A model generated the notes under the pieces. That model had not been told where the DNA came from. It worked only from the letters and a program-made list of their open reading frames with translations, and searched no databases. 54,256 nucleotides of DNA from a virus (Duplodnaviria; Caudoviricetes), in the IMG/VR virus record IMGVR_UViG_3300046167_000162, positions 1-54,256 of that record; one strand, given 5' to 3'. A program made the position numbers and the translations under genes. This document shows positions 44,878 through 54,256 of the stretch, piece after piece (position 1 is the first letter of the stretch; each line of letters begins with the position of its first letter).

Positions 44878-47800
44878 AGTAGGGTTTATTTTTAGCTAAG
44901 GAGGGAACTACAGTTAGAAGCCTTAACCTTCTGTCAATCTCCTGTGTAACGTTATCAGAAGAAATTATCATCTCGTCAGCTGACGCAAAACCCAACCTCT
45001 TAGCGGCCAGATCAAACACGTCAGAACCTTCTCTCTTCCGTATTATGTCGTAGTTGTTACGGATGAAACCTCTGGCCTGAAGGGGTTTAGATGCAACATA
45101 AGAGTTGAACATACCCTCCATACTCTGCCGCTCTTCTGTAATCCTCTTCTTAATCCAACCTTCAAGAATCTCCTTCTTCTCAGAGCTTGGTATATCGCCT
45201 GAAGCCATGATCTCGTTGTAAGACATATCCCCGAAGCGTTGACTCGCAGCTGCGCCTTCCCTCCACTGTGCAAACTCTTTGGCTAAGCTAGGGGCACCAG
45301 TGTCAGGATTACCCCTCGCCAGTCTACGGCGAAGAAGAAGATCAACACTCGCATTTGGCACAGTCTTGTTGTTGTAAATCTGCCAATCCTTTATGTTCAT
45401 CTTAGACATTTCTTCTTCTAGTCCAGTCATAGCTGGTTCATCAGAAGACCCAAAGATTTGCTTAAGGGCTGGGTTGACTGTAGCAATAGCCACTGGGTTA
45501 GAGAACCTGTAGTACTGGATATCATTCTCGCCGTTGAATGACTGCGTGTACTGGACCATATCAGAGTCCATAAGCATACGGGTGGCTTGTCCAACGAGAA
45601 TACCTGACCCCATGCCAGCGCCTCTAGTGTTAACATCAGATGTAATGGCTAGATCTCTAACGTAAGGGTGTACCTGCTGCGTCTGGATCAAGCTGACCGT
45701 ATACGTCCCTTGCTATAACTAAGGGGTATGTGAATGTCGAAAGGATGTTACCTATTTCCTTCTCAAGACCCTCAGAGTCTCCGTCTTTTGCAAATGACAG
45801 TAGCTCTTTGCCTATTGCCAAGTCAAAACTAAAGTCTGGGATACCACCCAAGATGTCAGCCAAGTCTTCTTTATTTATCTCTGCAGGAAGACCGTTAGCC
45901 CTACGCCAAACAATGTCACCTACGTACATATGGGCAAGGGCAGCACCAGCGTAAGCCTTCATGTCTTCTGTCATACCCTCAGAGTTCATGATAGTATTCT
46001 TTAGGGTTCCGTAGTCAGCCTCACCACCACGCATTTCAGCAATCTGATAACCACCAAAGAGCATCATAGCGCCAGTCATCTGCCTTGCGTACCGAAGAGA
46101 TGCATCCTCTGTCTTAGCGGATATACCTGTTTGCTGCATGATCTCCCCCAGAATAGGGGTATACTCAGACACCATCTGAAGGTGGTTACCCACATACCTA
46201 GGGAATGGAACACCAAGACCCTCAGAGATAAGGAATGGCATACGTCTGTTAAGATCTACTAATCCCTTTGTGGCTTTACCTATTACAGAGTCATCATCTC
46301 TAAATGTTCTCTGCATAGTAAATCGGTTGGCTGTTTCTATTGCCTCGTCTACATTGATACCTTCAGGTAAATCGTTAAGGCTCTTGTTAGCTTGCAGCCA
46401 GTCCTTGAGGGACGAGTCGTACTTCTGCCTAAACTGCCTATCAAGTGCACCATAGAACATACCTTCCTTGAGTACACTGTCAGTCACAGTGTTGAAGGTA
46501 TTCACAAAGCGCCCAGCCTTAGCCATAACACTCTGACCTTCTAGACCTACATCAATACGCATTGCATCGTTGAACAAACGCTTGTACTGCTCACCACCTT
46601 CTTCTAGAAGAATCTCTCTTATCACTTTTGCTTCTGCGTTGTTAGTCGAGTATCCTCTAAGGAGAGCAGTAGCATTAGGTAAGAAGTCCTTGATAGCCTT
46701 CGTGTCACCAGTCAGACCTTTGTATAAGGCTTGGTTAGTTTGATCGACTAAGTCTGTAGCGATAAGGATTCCAGAGTTTCTAAGGTTACGCATTGTTGTG
46801 ACGGGCTGTGATGTCATAAAGGCAATACGCATAGCGTCTAGGTCTTGAAAAAACCCAAGGGTCTTACTCTTCTTACTTGCTCCTTGTCTAATAGCTTCTT
46901 TACCTATCATTGCCATCTCATCAGAAGACATAGAGGATGCACCCTTGCTGAACAGTTCGTCCACACCAGCCAGGTTAGCACCCCTTTTAACAGCACTTGC
47001 AAAGCCTAGTATCTTACCTGCCCTAGAAACCTCAGATAGGTAAATAAGAGAGAACTCATCCTTAGTCAGACCGTATTTACTACGTGTGTTCTCCAAGAAC
47101 TTAAAGACTTCACCTGTCTCATCATTCCTAATTGCATCAGCAATAGACTGGGTTATTCTTTCTCCGCCCTTGGTGTCAAGCTTAGAGTTGTTCATGAGAT
47201 CAATGCTTGCAGCTGCAATCTTGCGCATTGTATCTGCTGAAAGACCAGACTCAAAGGTGGGATCAGCCTTAGGATCTACCAAGGAGTTCATGATAGACCT
47301 ACCCTTAGCGACTCTTGCAGGGTCTAGTGGATCTTTCAAACCTGCGCCCTTAACACCTGCTCTAGCTGAAAGGACTTCCTCCAAGTCAGCTACAATCTTT
47401 CTAGCGCCTTTGGCTTGCTCAGGGTTAGCACTCTTAATAACCTTTAGAGCCTCTGCTGTCGCCGCTTGTCTCTCTGCTCGAAGGGCATCCCTACGTTCCA
47501 GTAGGATCTTATCTACCTTCTTAGACTTACCTCGTCCGACAACACCTGAAACGTATCCAAGACCAGCGCCAAGTCCAGCCTCAGTAACACCGCCGACAGT
47601 AGCATCAAACAAAAGATCCTTTGTGTCGTACTCGTAACCCTCAATAACCTCTTCACGTGTTTCACCTTGCGCACCAGCCTGAACACCGCCAACAACAGCA
47701 CCAGAGATAGCACCTGTAACTGCGTCCTTCTTGGCTTGTTGGTACACTGACCTCTGGACACCCTGTTTAACAACATTCTTCTTTAGGTGTTCCTTCAGAC

Positions 47801-48248
47801 CGTATCTGACAGCAACTTGAGTAGCCTTAGTAGCAGCCTTAGCGCCTAGCTTACCAAGACCAAAACTCCCCAAGCCAATGTAAGTTGATGGAGCCGACAG
47901 AACAGCACCCGCAAAGTCACCAACACTATCTCCAAATCCTTGACCAGCACTGTCAGAATTATCCCAAGCCTGTATTAAGCGTCCAAATGCATCCTTACCC
48001 CTTGGGTCATAGTCCTTACCTTTAACGTAGCTCAAGTCACGTATAGCCTCTACTTCATTCCACGACTGGTAACGCATGTGTGTAACGAAGTCTTCTGCTA
48101 GACCCTCAAAACCCTTCTCTCGCATTTCTTCTTCAGAGTAGTTATAGCGCCCACCAGTAAAGAACTTTACCAAGTCAGCTTTAAACTCATCGTCCTCGAC
48201 AAGTTGTGAGAAGTCATACTCGTCTTCTCTTTGTAGATAGTTAGCCAT
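44876..48248 (-). CDS. Large internal virion protein (~1120 aa), split by one apparent +1 insertion
   Basis: ORFs 45657-48248 and 44876-45691 join as DPDAAGTPYVRDLA if one base at 45664-45665 is removed. Confidence 0.7.
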
Positions 48249-48264
48249 ACTTGATTACCTTACT

Positions 48265-49230
48265 TTATTGAGTAGCCAGATTATTCTTGCTAAAGATATC
48301 ACCGTTATCATCTACTTGAGCACCAGGGGGTAAGAGGGAGCCTGGACCTTCCGTAGGAACTGTAATTCCTTTTGGTGTGAATGGCTTACCAAACTCAAAA
48401 CCAGAGGCGATATCGTCTAGTTGAGCACCAGTACCTAGGAGGTCTTGCACGGTATCACTAATCTCAGTGGTTATATCCGCTAAGTCTGCCTCTCTAAATG
48501 GGTCAGCCCTTTGTTCCAAGTAGTAGTTCAATGACTTCTCAATGATAGCGTTGGCAGCTGATGGGTTCTCCCACTGGTACGAACCCGTGTTAGGGTCTAG
48601 TGTTCTACCCAGGGAGTCCTTCAGTCTGTCTTCTATAAGATTTCTAACCTTCTGAGTTTTCTCAGGAGAAAGATCTGTGAGACCTACGAGACTAACACCA
48701 GTTGGTGCTACGCCAGGACCACGACCAGAGGGGATGTCTGCCACCATATTGAAGCCTTCTTGTAGGGACTCTTCAACGTTAGTAGTAGAGAAGACAACAT
48801 CAATAAGTTTCTCTGCATTGAAACCCTCTACGGCCCCAGAGTCAAATGCGTATTTCATAGCGGCAGCTACTCTATCTTCAGGTACGTTGTCCAAGATAGC
48901 ACTCGACATCTTCTTGATACCTGCTTTACTAACATCTTTTTCTGGATCATCTCTCAGCTTCTCTAAACGAGAAATGATAGTAGTCAACTCACCGGAAGCC
49001 TCGAGTACAGCAGCAGCCTTCTTATCAAAACCTAGAGTAGTAGCTTGAGATATCCTAGCTCTGGACTCTTTAACAGCTGCACGTCTAGCTTCTAACTTAG
49101 ACATACCAGTCTTGAACAAGTACTCACGCTTAACGTTATTCAGCTGCCGGACCTGTTCTTTCTTTGCTGCCACTTCTTCGTTGTAGGCTTGAGCCATACC
49201 ACCAGCAATCACTAAGGGCATAAACGCCAT
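48265..49230 (-). CDS. Internal virion protein (putative)
   Basis: 321 aa helical, in ejection-protein cluster. Confidence 0.6.
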   Translation of the reverse strand: MAFMPLVIAGGMAQAYNEEVAAKKEQVRQLNNVKREYLFKTGMSKLEARRAAVKESRARISQATTLGFDKKAAAVLEASGELTTIISRLEKLRDDPEKDVSKAGIKKMSSAILDNVPEDRVAAAMKYAFDSGAVEGFNAEKLIDVVFSTTNVEESLQEGFNMVADIPSGRGPGVAPTGVSLVGLTDLSPEKTQKVRNLIEDRLKDSLGRTLDPNTGSYQWENPSAANAIIEKSLNYYLEQRADPFREADLADITTEISDTVQDLLGTGAQLDDIASGFEFGKPFTPKGITVPTEGPGSLLPPGAQVDDNGDIFSKNNLATQ

Positions 49231-49234
49231 GTCT

Positions 49235-49798
49235 TTATCCTCTCGCCATTAAGCCACGGGGCTGTGGTTTAGCTTCTACTTCAGCTGCTACGCCCTCTAC
49301 CTCAGGGGATACTTCACCCTCAGTCTCTTGGGTAACGTCCATCTCAGGTGTTGCTTCAGCAAACTCCCCAAGCATCTCGTAGCCTTCATCTCTTTCTTCC
49401 ACTGGTGTTTCAGCGAGAGCCTTATCTAAGAGTGCTTGAACCTTATTCCGTTCATCCTCTTCTTTCATCTTAGTATTCTTGAAGTCATCAAGGTACTCGA
49501 TGCCAGCTTCTTCAGCAGTAGAGGCAATGAACTTATGAATAACAGGTGCAATGATAAGGCTGATATCAATGTTATGGATACCCTTTGCAACAGCCGTTGT
49601 AAGTGCAGCCTGTGTAGCATGTTTAACTGGTAAGCCATACTCAAGAGTAAACAGCAAGTTGTCCAACCGACTGGGGTCAGACAGCTTTGTCATGTGCCAT
49701 ATGATAGCATCGTTGGGGTCTACAATTTCTGGTGCTCTTTCATACAGAGCATTCCGTGGGGTCTTAGTTAGGGATTGCCCTGGGATAGGTCCGTCCAT
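49235..49798 (-). CDS. Virion-associated protein (putative)
   Basis: 187 aa PIPGQSLT start, ends in PRGLMARG. Confidence 0.65.
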   Translation of the reverse strand: MDGPIPGQSLTKTPRNALYERAPEIVDPNDAIIWHMTKLSDPSRLDNLLFTLEYGLPVKHATQAALTTAVAKGIHNIDISLIIAPVIHKFIASTAEEAGIEYLDDFKNTKMKEEDERNKVQALLDKALAETPVEERDEGYEMLGEFAEATPEMDVTQETEGEVSPEVEGVAAEVEAKPQPRGLMARG

Positions 49799-50676
49799 TA
49801 TTCTTCACCTCTAAAGCTTTCAATAAGTTTTAAGTACTTGGGTACATACGGCATGACATGCTTCTTAGCTAACCCAAGTCCACCGCTACTTAAAGATGGA
49901 CCATCATGGTGTAAGGCATATACGTAGTCGTCACTGTAGCCTTTCTTAGCAGCCATTCTAAAGTTATCAGCCGTGTGTTCAAGAACAGCCTGAACCTGCA
50001 TGTCAACGTCCCACTGATTTTCTACATTAAGGCCGTAAGCTTTACCCGTCTCATTTACAAACTGTCCTAACCCTCTAGCACTTGTCGATTTAGCAGATGC
50101 ATCTGGGTTGAAACCAGACTCGTAACGTACAGTAGCTAAGGTATAGGCAATCTCGTAGTCTGTCATACCCAGTTTACTGCCAACATCTACAATCTTATTT
50201 ACGATTTCTTGTTGTGTTTCAGGAGTTACATCCCCAGCAGCACGAGAGTTACCCCTTAAGTCACCTTCTACAATGGGTTCATTGAAGTACGATTGAGTTG
50301 CGACATTACCAGACTGCACACCCTTCTTACCGTACAAGTCTTCTGATAACTTAATAGGGTCATAGTCGTCCTCAGGCTTATTCTCCTCAAAGTCCTCTTG
50401 GATAGCTTGCATCATAGCAGCTGTCTGTAGGTCAGGGCTTAGTTCACTACCCCTTGATGAAGCAACATCCGACTGGTTAAAGATCCTTCTCACACCTTGA
50501 GCACTAGTTCGCATAGCACTAGCGGTCTGCTCTGCCTGAGCCTCACCTAAAGCAAGCATCTTCTGAGTTCTCTGCCTAGAGCCAACACCAGCCCCTTGGG
50601 TAGCGCCATCTCTTTGCTGTTTCACAAACCTATTTAGCTGGTCATACTTTGTTAGGTAATCAGTCTTAAAAGCCAT
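49798..50676 (-). CDS. Virion-associated lytic transglycosylase
   Basis: YESGFNPDA...SARGLGQF SLT-like motifs in C-terminal half. Confidence 0.8.
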   Translation of the reverse strand: MAFKTDYLTKYDQLNRFVKQQRDGATQGAGVGSRQRTQKMLALGEAQAEQTASAMRTSAQGVRRIFNQSDVASSRGSELSPDLQTAAMMQAIQEDFEENKPEDDYDPIKLSEDLYGKKGVQSGNVATQSYFNEPIVEGDLRGNSRAAGDVTPETQQEIVNKIVDVGSKLGMTDYEIAYTLATVRYESGFNPDASAKSTSARGLGQFVNETGKAYGLNVENQWDVDMQVQAVLEHTADNFRMAAKKGYSDDYVYALHHDGPSLSSGGLGLAKKHVMPYVPKYLKLIESFRGEE

Positions 50677-50688
50677 TATAGTTTTCCT

Positions 50689-52509
50689 TTAGAAGAGCCA
50701 GTCAAATAGAGCCTTACCGATCTGCTGGTTTGACCCTATTTCAGCCTGTAGTGTAGCTGCATCAAGTGTAGCCTCACCAGCTAGTTTCTGAAGGACAATA
50801 GCGTTAGCCCTATCCTGATCATTCTGGTAAGCATTAAATACGTAGTCCATCTCATCTCGTTCACGCTGCCAGATCTCGTCTAGCTCAGCTTGAGTTAAAG
50901 CGTTCTGTTCCTTAGCTACGTATAAGGCTCTCTCATTAGCAGACTGTTGGTTTGTTAGTGCAGCTGTCTGCCTCCACTTAGCGTTGGCCTGAGCTACAAC
51001 CAAGTTATTAGATAACATGAACTGTTTAAATGCGTTATCCTGTGCTACGTTAAACTGTCTTGTGGCATTCACAGCGTTAGTATCAAACTGTGCTACAGCA
51101 TTCCGTTGGTCTGCATTGAACTTAGAAACGTTAGTCTGAAGGTCAGCGAAGAACTGGTTCGTTTGGTTCTCAGATGCAGCATTAAACTGTGAGGCAGCAT
51201 TCTCAGCAGCTTGATCGGTAAAGAGAGCTTGTATATTCTGTTGTGCTCTGAACATCTCAGTCTGCTGTTTGTTGTTCAAGTTAGTCATATCCATAGCTAA
51301 AAAGGACTGAGCATTCTGTACAGCCGCTTGTTGTCTATTACTTAGATTGGCCATGTCCATGTTAGATAAAGCAGCAGCCTCCGCCATAACCATAGCCTGA
51401 CTATTAGATAGGTTAGCCATATTCATGGTATTGGCCGCACGAGCATTCTCTAGAGCTACCTGCTGTTCAGCAGTAAAGTTCATGTTTGCTATGTCAGAGA
51501 CCTTAGATGCGTTGGCTACTCTAGCTTGGAAGTCTTGAGTGAACTCCATGCCCATAAACTCAGCACGTTGTTGTGCTGCAAGCATAGCACGTTGCTGTTT
51601 GTTTGACAAGTTCTGAGCTTCAAATTGTGCTGTAGTTTGTGCATCAGCCATAGCGATAGGAAGTGAAGCCTCCATAGCCGCTTGTACAATAGCCTGACCA
51701 GCCATAGAGGAAGCACCAAGACCACGTGCAGACATCTGAGCAGTAGCGGCTCTCATAGCACCAGCAGCCCAAGAAGGTGTCTTACCACCCTCAAAGTCTT
51801 GCATCAGGTCTTCTAGTTGACCTTGAACTGTAGCCTTATCAGAGGGTGTCGCTGAAGCAGCCTGGACCTGTTCAGTAAATGCAGCAGCCTTCTGTGCGTC
51901 AGCAGCACCAGTGACCAACTCACCAGCCTGAATCTCTCTCTGCACAGGGTTGGTCATCATGGTAGCAGCGCCTTGAGCAGCCTGTAGACCTGATACAGCT
52001 GACTCATTCTGTTGGGCCGCTTCTACCTGGGCTTGGTCACTCACTTGTCCTTGCTGTGCTTGAGTTACATCAGTTACTTTCTTAACGTCAGCAGCGGCAG
52101 TAGTGGGCTGAACAGTAGCAACAGTAGGTGTTGTAGGAGCGGTAGCTTGAGCAGCAGTCCCGACCGTATCAACACCAGCTGTAGTTGCTTGGGTATCTGG
52201 AAGCTCTGATATCTCTTGGTCAGCTTGAGGTGTGACGTAGGTGTAGTTAGGTGCAGCAACAGTCGTAGCAGGGGTAATACCTGTAGAGGCTGTCATACCA
52301 CCTGTAGCCATACCAAGTCTCTTATTCTCAGGAGGGGTAGTAGGAGAACCTTGCATTGCCTTAGCTTTACGCTCCAACCTCTGCACAAGTGATCTAGCCT
52401 CAGGCTTAGACTGCATGAATGCTTCCATCTCATCCTCTTGGTCAGACCCAGTGTAGCCTGTCTTAGAGAGGATCGTATATTTTTGTTTGTTATTGAACGT
52501 ATCAAGCAT
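50689..52509 (-). CDS. Internal virion/ejection protein (Gln/Ala/Asn-rich)
   Basis: 606 aa; ARGLGASSMA, repeated NLSNxQQ. Confidence 0.7.
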   Translation of the reverse strand: MLDTFNNKQKYTILSKTGYTGSDQEDEMEAFMQSKPEARSLVQRLERKAKAMQGSPTTPPENKRLGMATGGMTASTGITPATTVAAPNYTYVTPQADQEISELPDTQATTAGVDTVGTAAQATAPTTPTVATVQPTTAAADVKKVTDVTQAQQGQVSDQAQVEAAQQNESAVSGLQAAQGAATMMTNPVQREIQAGELVTGAADAQKAAAFTEQVQAASATPSDKATVQGQLEDLMQDFEGGKTPSWAAGAMRAATAQMSARGLGASSMAGQAIVQAAMEASLPIAMADAQTTAQFEAQNLSNKQQRAMLAAQQRAEFMGMEFTQDFQARVANASKVSDIANMNFTAEQQVALENARAANTMNMANLSNSQAMVMAEAAALSNMDMANLSNRQQAAVQNAQSFLAMDMTNLNNKQQTEMFRAQQNIQALFTDQAAENAASQFNAASENQTNQFFADLQTNVSKFNADQRNAVAQFDTNAVNATRQFNVAQDNAFKQFMLSNNLVVAQANAKWRQTAALTNQQSANERALYVAKEQNALTQAELDEIWQRERDEMDYVFNAYQNDQDRANAIVLQKLAGEATLDAATLQAEIGSNQQIGKALFDWLF

Positions 52510-52524
52510 TGTCTACTTCCTAAT

Positions 52525-52998
52525 TTACCACTTGCCTTGTTTCACACCTATGAAGTACATTAGCACTACTAAAGCGCCAACACCCGCCAGTGCCACTGCG
52601 ATACCTACAGCCCAGTTAATGCAGTTGTCTATAAACTCTTGCTTCTTATAGACTAGCTCACGCTGTTCTTTACGTTGCTGTGCTTCTATTCGTACTATCT
52701 CGTCCCATGCACTAGGGCCATACGTCCAAGATATATGCGCTCTAAGTTCTTCTCTCATCTCTTTGAGCTTCTGTTTCTGTGACCATATGTCTAATGCAGT
52801 AGCTTGGTTGTCATTAAACATCTTGTACATTGGAGGGTTCTTAGCTTTTTCCTCCAAGAAGTCTAGGTCACTTACAGCTTTAGACCATTGGGATACTGCA
52901 CCTGCCATACCACTGATTTCTCTGCCTACAGATACAGCTTTCTTGATACCATTGTAAGCTGTAGTAGCCGCTGCCATAGCTGTGAAAGGATCAATCAT
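52525..52998 (-). CDS. Membrane-anchored hypothetical protein
   Basis: 157 aa MIDPFTA..., C-terminal TM helix. Confidence 0.7.
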   Translation of the reverse strand: MIDPFTAMAAATTAYNGIKKAVSVGREISGMAGAVSQWSKAVSDLDFLEEKAKNPPMYKMFNDNQATALDIWSQKQKLKEMREELRAHISWTYGPSAWDEIVRIEAQQRKEQRELVYKKQEFIDNCINWAVGIAVALAGVGALVVLMYFIGVKQGKW

Positions 52999-53168
52999 TT
53001 AAACTTAACCTCTAACGGGCATACATAGTTATAACTAACCCTGTAAACTCTGTCGTACCATCCACCATTCTTAGGCAGCCCACAGTCATAGTAACAATAC
53101 TGAAACAATCTGTTACCACTCGCAGTCCATGCGTGATTGAACGAGACAAAGGCCAACACACACAACAA
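52995..53168 (-). CDS. Small Cys-containing protein
   Basis: Not in ORF track; TTG start, 57 aa, CYYDC...CP; ATGA overlap with next gene. Confidence 0.55.
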   Translation of the reverse strand: MLCVLAFVSFNHAWTASGNRLFQYCYYDCGLPKNGGWYDRVYRVSYNYVCPLEVKFK

Positions 53169-53170
53169 AT

Positions 53171-53530
53171 TTATTTCTCCATTGGACCTATAATAGAGTT
53201 GTGGTCACGGTTTATATACTTAAGGTCACTCTCTATGAGAGCTACACGTTGTTGTAGTGCAGTTATCTGACCAATGGTTCTTGTTAGATTATCCAACTCA
53301 TCCCATAGTTCTTCTATCTCTGCCCAAGAGTACTGCAATTCCATAGCATTGTCCAGTACGTCACGTTTAAGATTTACATTATCCTCAATAGCCATACGAG
53401 AACCAAGCTGGCTTACTGTCTCTTCAAGACTAGCAATGGTAGCTGCCTGTTGAGATACCCACCAGACACCACCTGCAAGTTGTGCCGCCATTGCCATGAC
53501 AAGAACTATAGGTAGCTTTAGGTTTTCCAT
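53171..53530 (-). CDS. N-terminal TM + coiled-coil protein (spanin-like topology)
   Basis: 119 aa. Confidence 0.6.
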   Translation of the reverse strand: MENLKLPIVLVMAMAAQLAGGVWWVSQQAATIASLEETVSQLGSRMAIEDNVNLKRDVLDNAMELQYSWAEIEELWDELDNLTRTIGQITALQQRVALIESDLKYINRDHNSIIGPMEK

Positions 53531-53811
53531 TACCTGCCGTTCTCCCTGTTGGCTCTTTCTGCCATGTCCTCTACAAGATTACGAATAGCTTTTATATTCT
53601 CATCAATACGACCAAGTGATACAGCCTGTGACTGCACAGTCTTTTCTAGTGTATTGATACGTGTCTCTTGCCGTAGCAGATCACGTGTGTTACTCTTAAC
53701 GGAAGCGTCGAGAGTTGACACATACCATACCAATGCCATTGTTTGTAAGGCAATACCTACAATAAAGGTAATAGGTACTGACTTAGATAGGTGCCAACTC
53801 TCTTGCTTCAT
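53530..53811 (-). CDS. TM + coiled-coil protein
   Basis: Start placed at MKQESWHL; 93 aa. Confidence 0.6.
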   Translation of the reverse strand: MKQESWHLSKSVPITFIVGIALQTMALVWYVSTLDASVKSNTRDLLRQETRINTLEKTVQSQAVSLGRIDENIKAIRNLVEDMAERANRENGR

Positions 53812-53812
53812 T

Positions 53813-54034
53813 TTAGTCTTCCGTTTGTTCTTCTGGGTTTTCCAGAGCATCAGCCAGTAGTTCAATAAACTTTTCACGGCCTACTGCAAGCTGGTCTAAA
53901 TTAAACTGAGCATTATCAAGTTTCCGACCTAGATCATTCACATGATTTAAGAATGCCCTCTGCTTGTCAGTCATATCTTCAACAAAGTATTCGATGTCGT
54001 TGACGGTAATCGGGGTCTTTTTATCTTTTCCCAT
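53813..54034 (-). CDS. Small coiled-coil protein
   Basis: 73 aa ITVNDIEYFVEDMTDKQR; AGGAG RBS. Confidence 0.7.
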   Translation of the reverse strand: MGKDKKTPITVNDIEYFVEDMTDKQRAFLNHVNDLGRKLDNAQFNLDQLAVGREKFIELLADALENPEEQTED

Positions 54035-54051
54035 TACGAGTCTCCTTTAAG

Positions 54052-54255
54052 TTAAGAGTTGGCTGCGATTGCAGCATTGGCGGCAGTCATGTCTTCTGTA
54101 GTCCAGAAGTCTTTCGCCACCATGAGTGTCAGATGCTCTACGTTGCGAGACACAGTGTCAGCCCAATCAGCATCTTCCATGTCGGCTGGCTGTCCAGCGT
54201 TTAATAGATCAACAGAGTGACCCATTGCGACATAATGCTGGGCAATCTCTTCTAC
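54052..54255 (-). CDS. Small tail-module protein (partial, 5' end outside window)
   Basis: Hand translation VEEIAQHYVAMGHSVDLLNAGQPADMEDADWADTVSRNVEHLTLMVAKDFWTTEDMTAANAAIAANS*. Confidence 0.7.
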   Translation of the reverse strand, partial: VEEIAQHYVAMGHSVDLLNAGQPADMEDADWADTVSRNVEHLTLMVAKDFWTTEDMTAANAAIAANS

Positions 54256-54256
54256 T

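Noticed and set aside
45655-45675. Programmed +1 frameshift at CCC-TTA in the internal virion gene
   Set aside because: Same doubled-base signature as several other breaks; sequencing error is simpler
1-54256. Stop-codon reassignment
   Set aside because: Genes are full length under the standard code; breaks are frameshifts, not in-frame stops

Overview
The window is an almost complete (circularly permuted) genome of a lytic, podovirus-like dsDNA phage with no RNA polymerase and no integrase. Inferred host: a marine alphaproteobacterium, probably Roseobacter group (Zobellviridae/cobavirus-like replication module; DUF1127 gene). Two arms diverge from an AT-rich, repeat-rich control region at ~26.0-26.9 kb and converge at a bidirectional terminator at ~44.85 kb. 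The + arm (26.9-44.8 kb) holds early genes (HhH glycosylase-like, C5-methyltransferase, MarR-like), tRNA-Arg(UCU), ThyX, primase/helicase, PolA, SSB, exo- and endonuclease, MazG-like, class II RNR, glutaredoxin and PhoH. The - arm (26 kb->1, continuing 54.2 kb->44.9 kb) holds lysis genes, a cluster of very basic small proteins, terminase, portal, a 1260-aa mosaic virion protein, scaffold, capsid, tail, two chaperone-capped tail fibres and internal virion proteins. Up to six apparent single-base duplications break polA, one internal virion gene and one small gene; these are most likely sequencing errors. Most notable signals: a recurring [MFYL]-x-x-G-G linear motif across many late proteins, nested C-loop-like RNA hairpins in the capsid and scaffold leaders, an HNH gene that appears to borrow a tail gene's first codons, a stand-alone DUF1127 gene, and a phased-palindrome/G-quadruplex control region. 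Family assignments come from motif recognition only; no searches were run.
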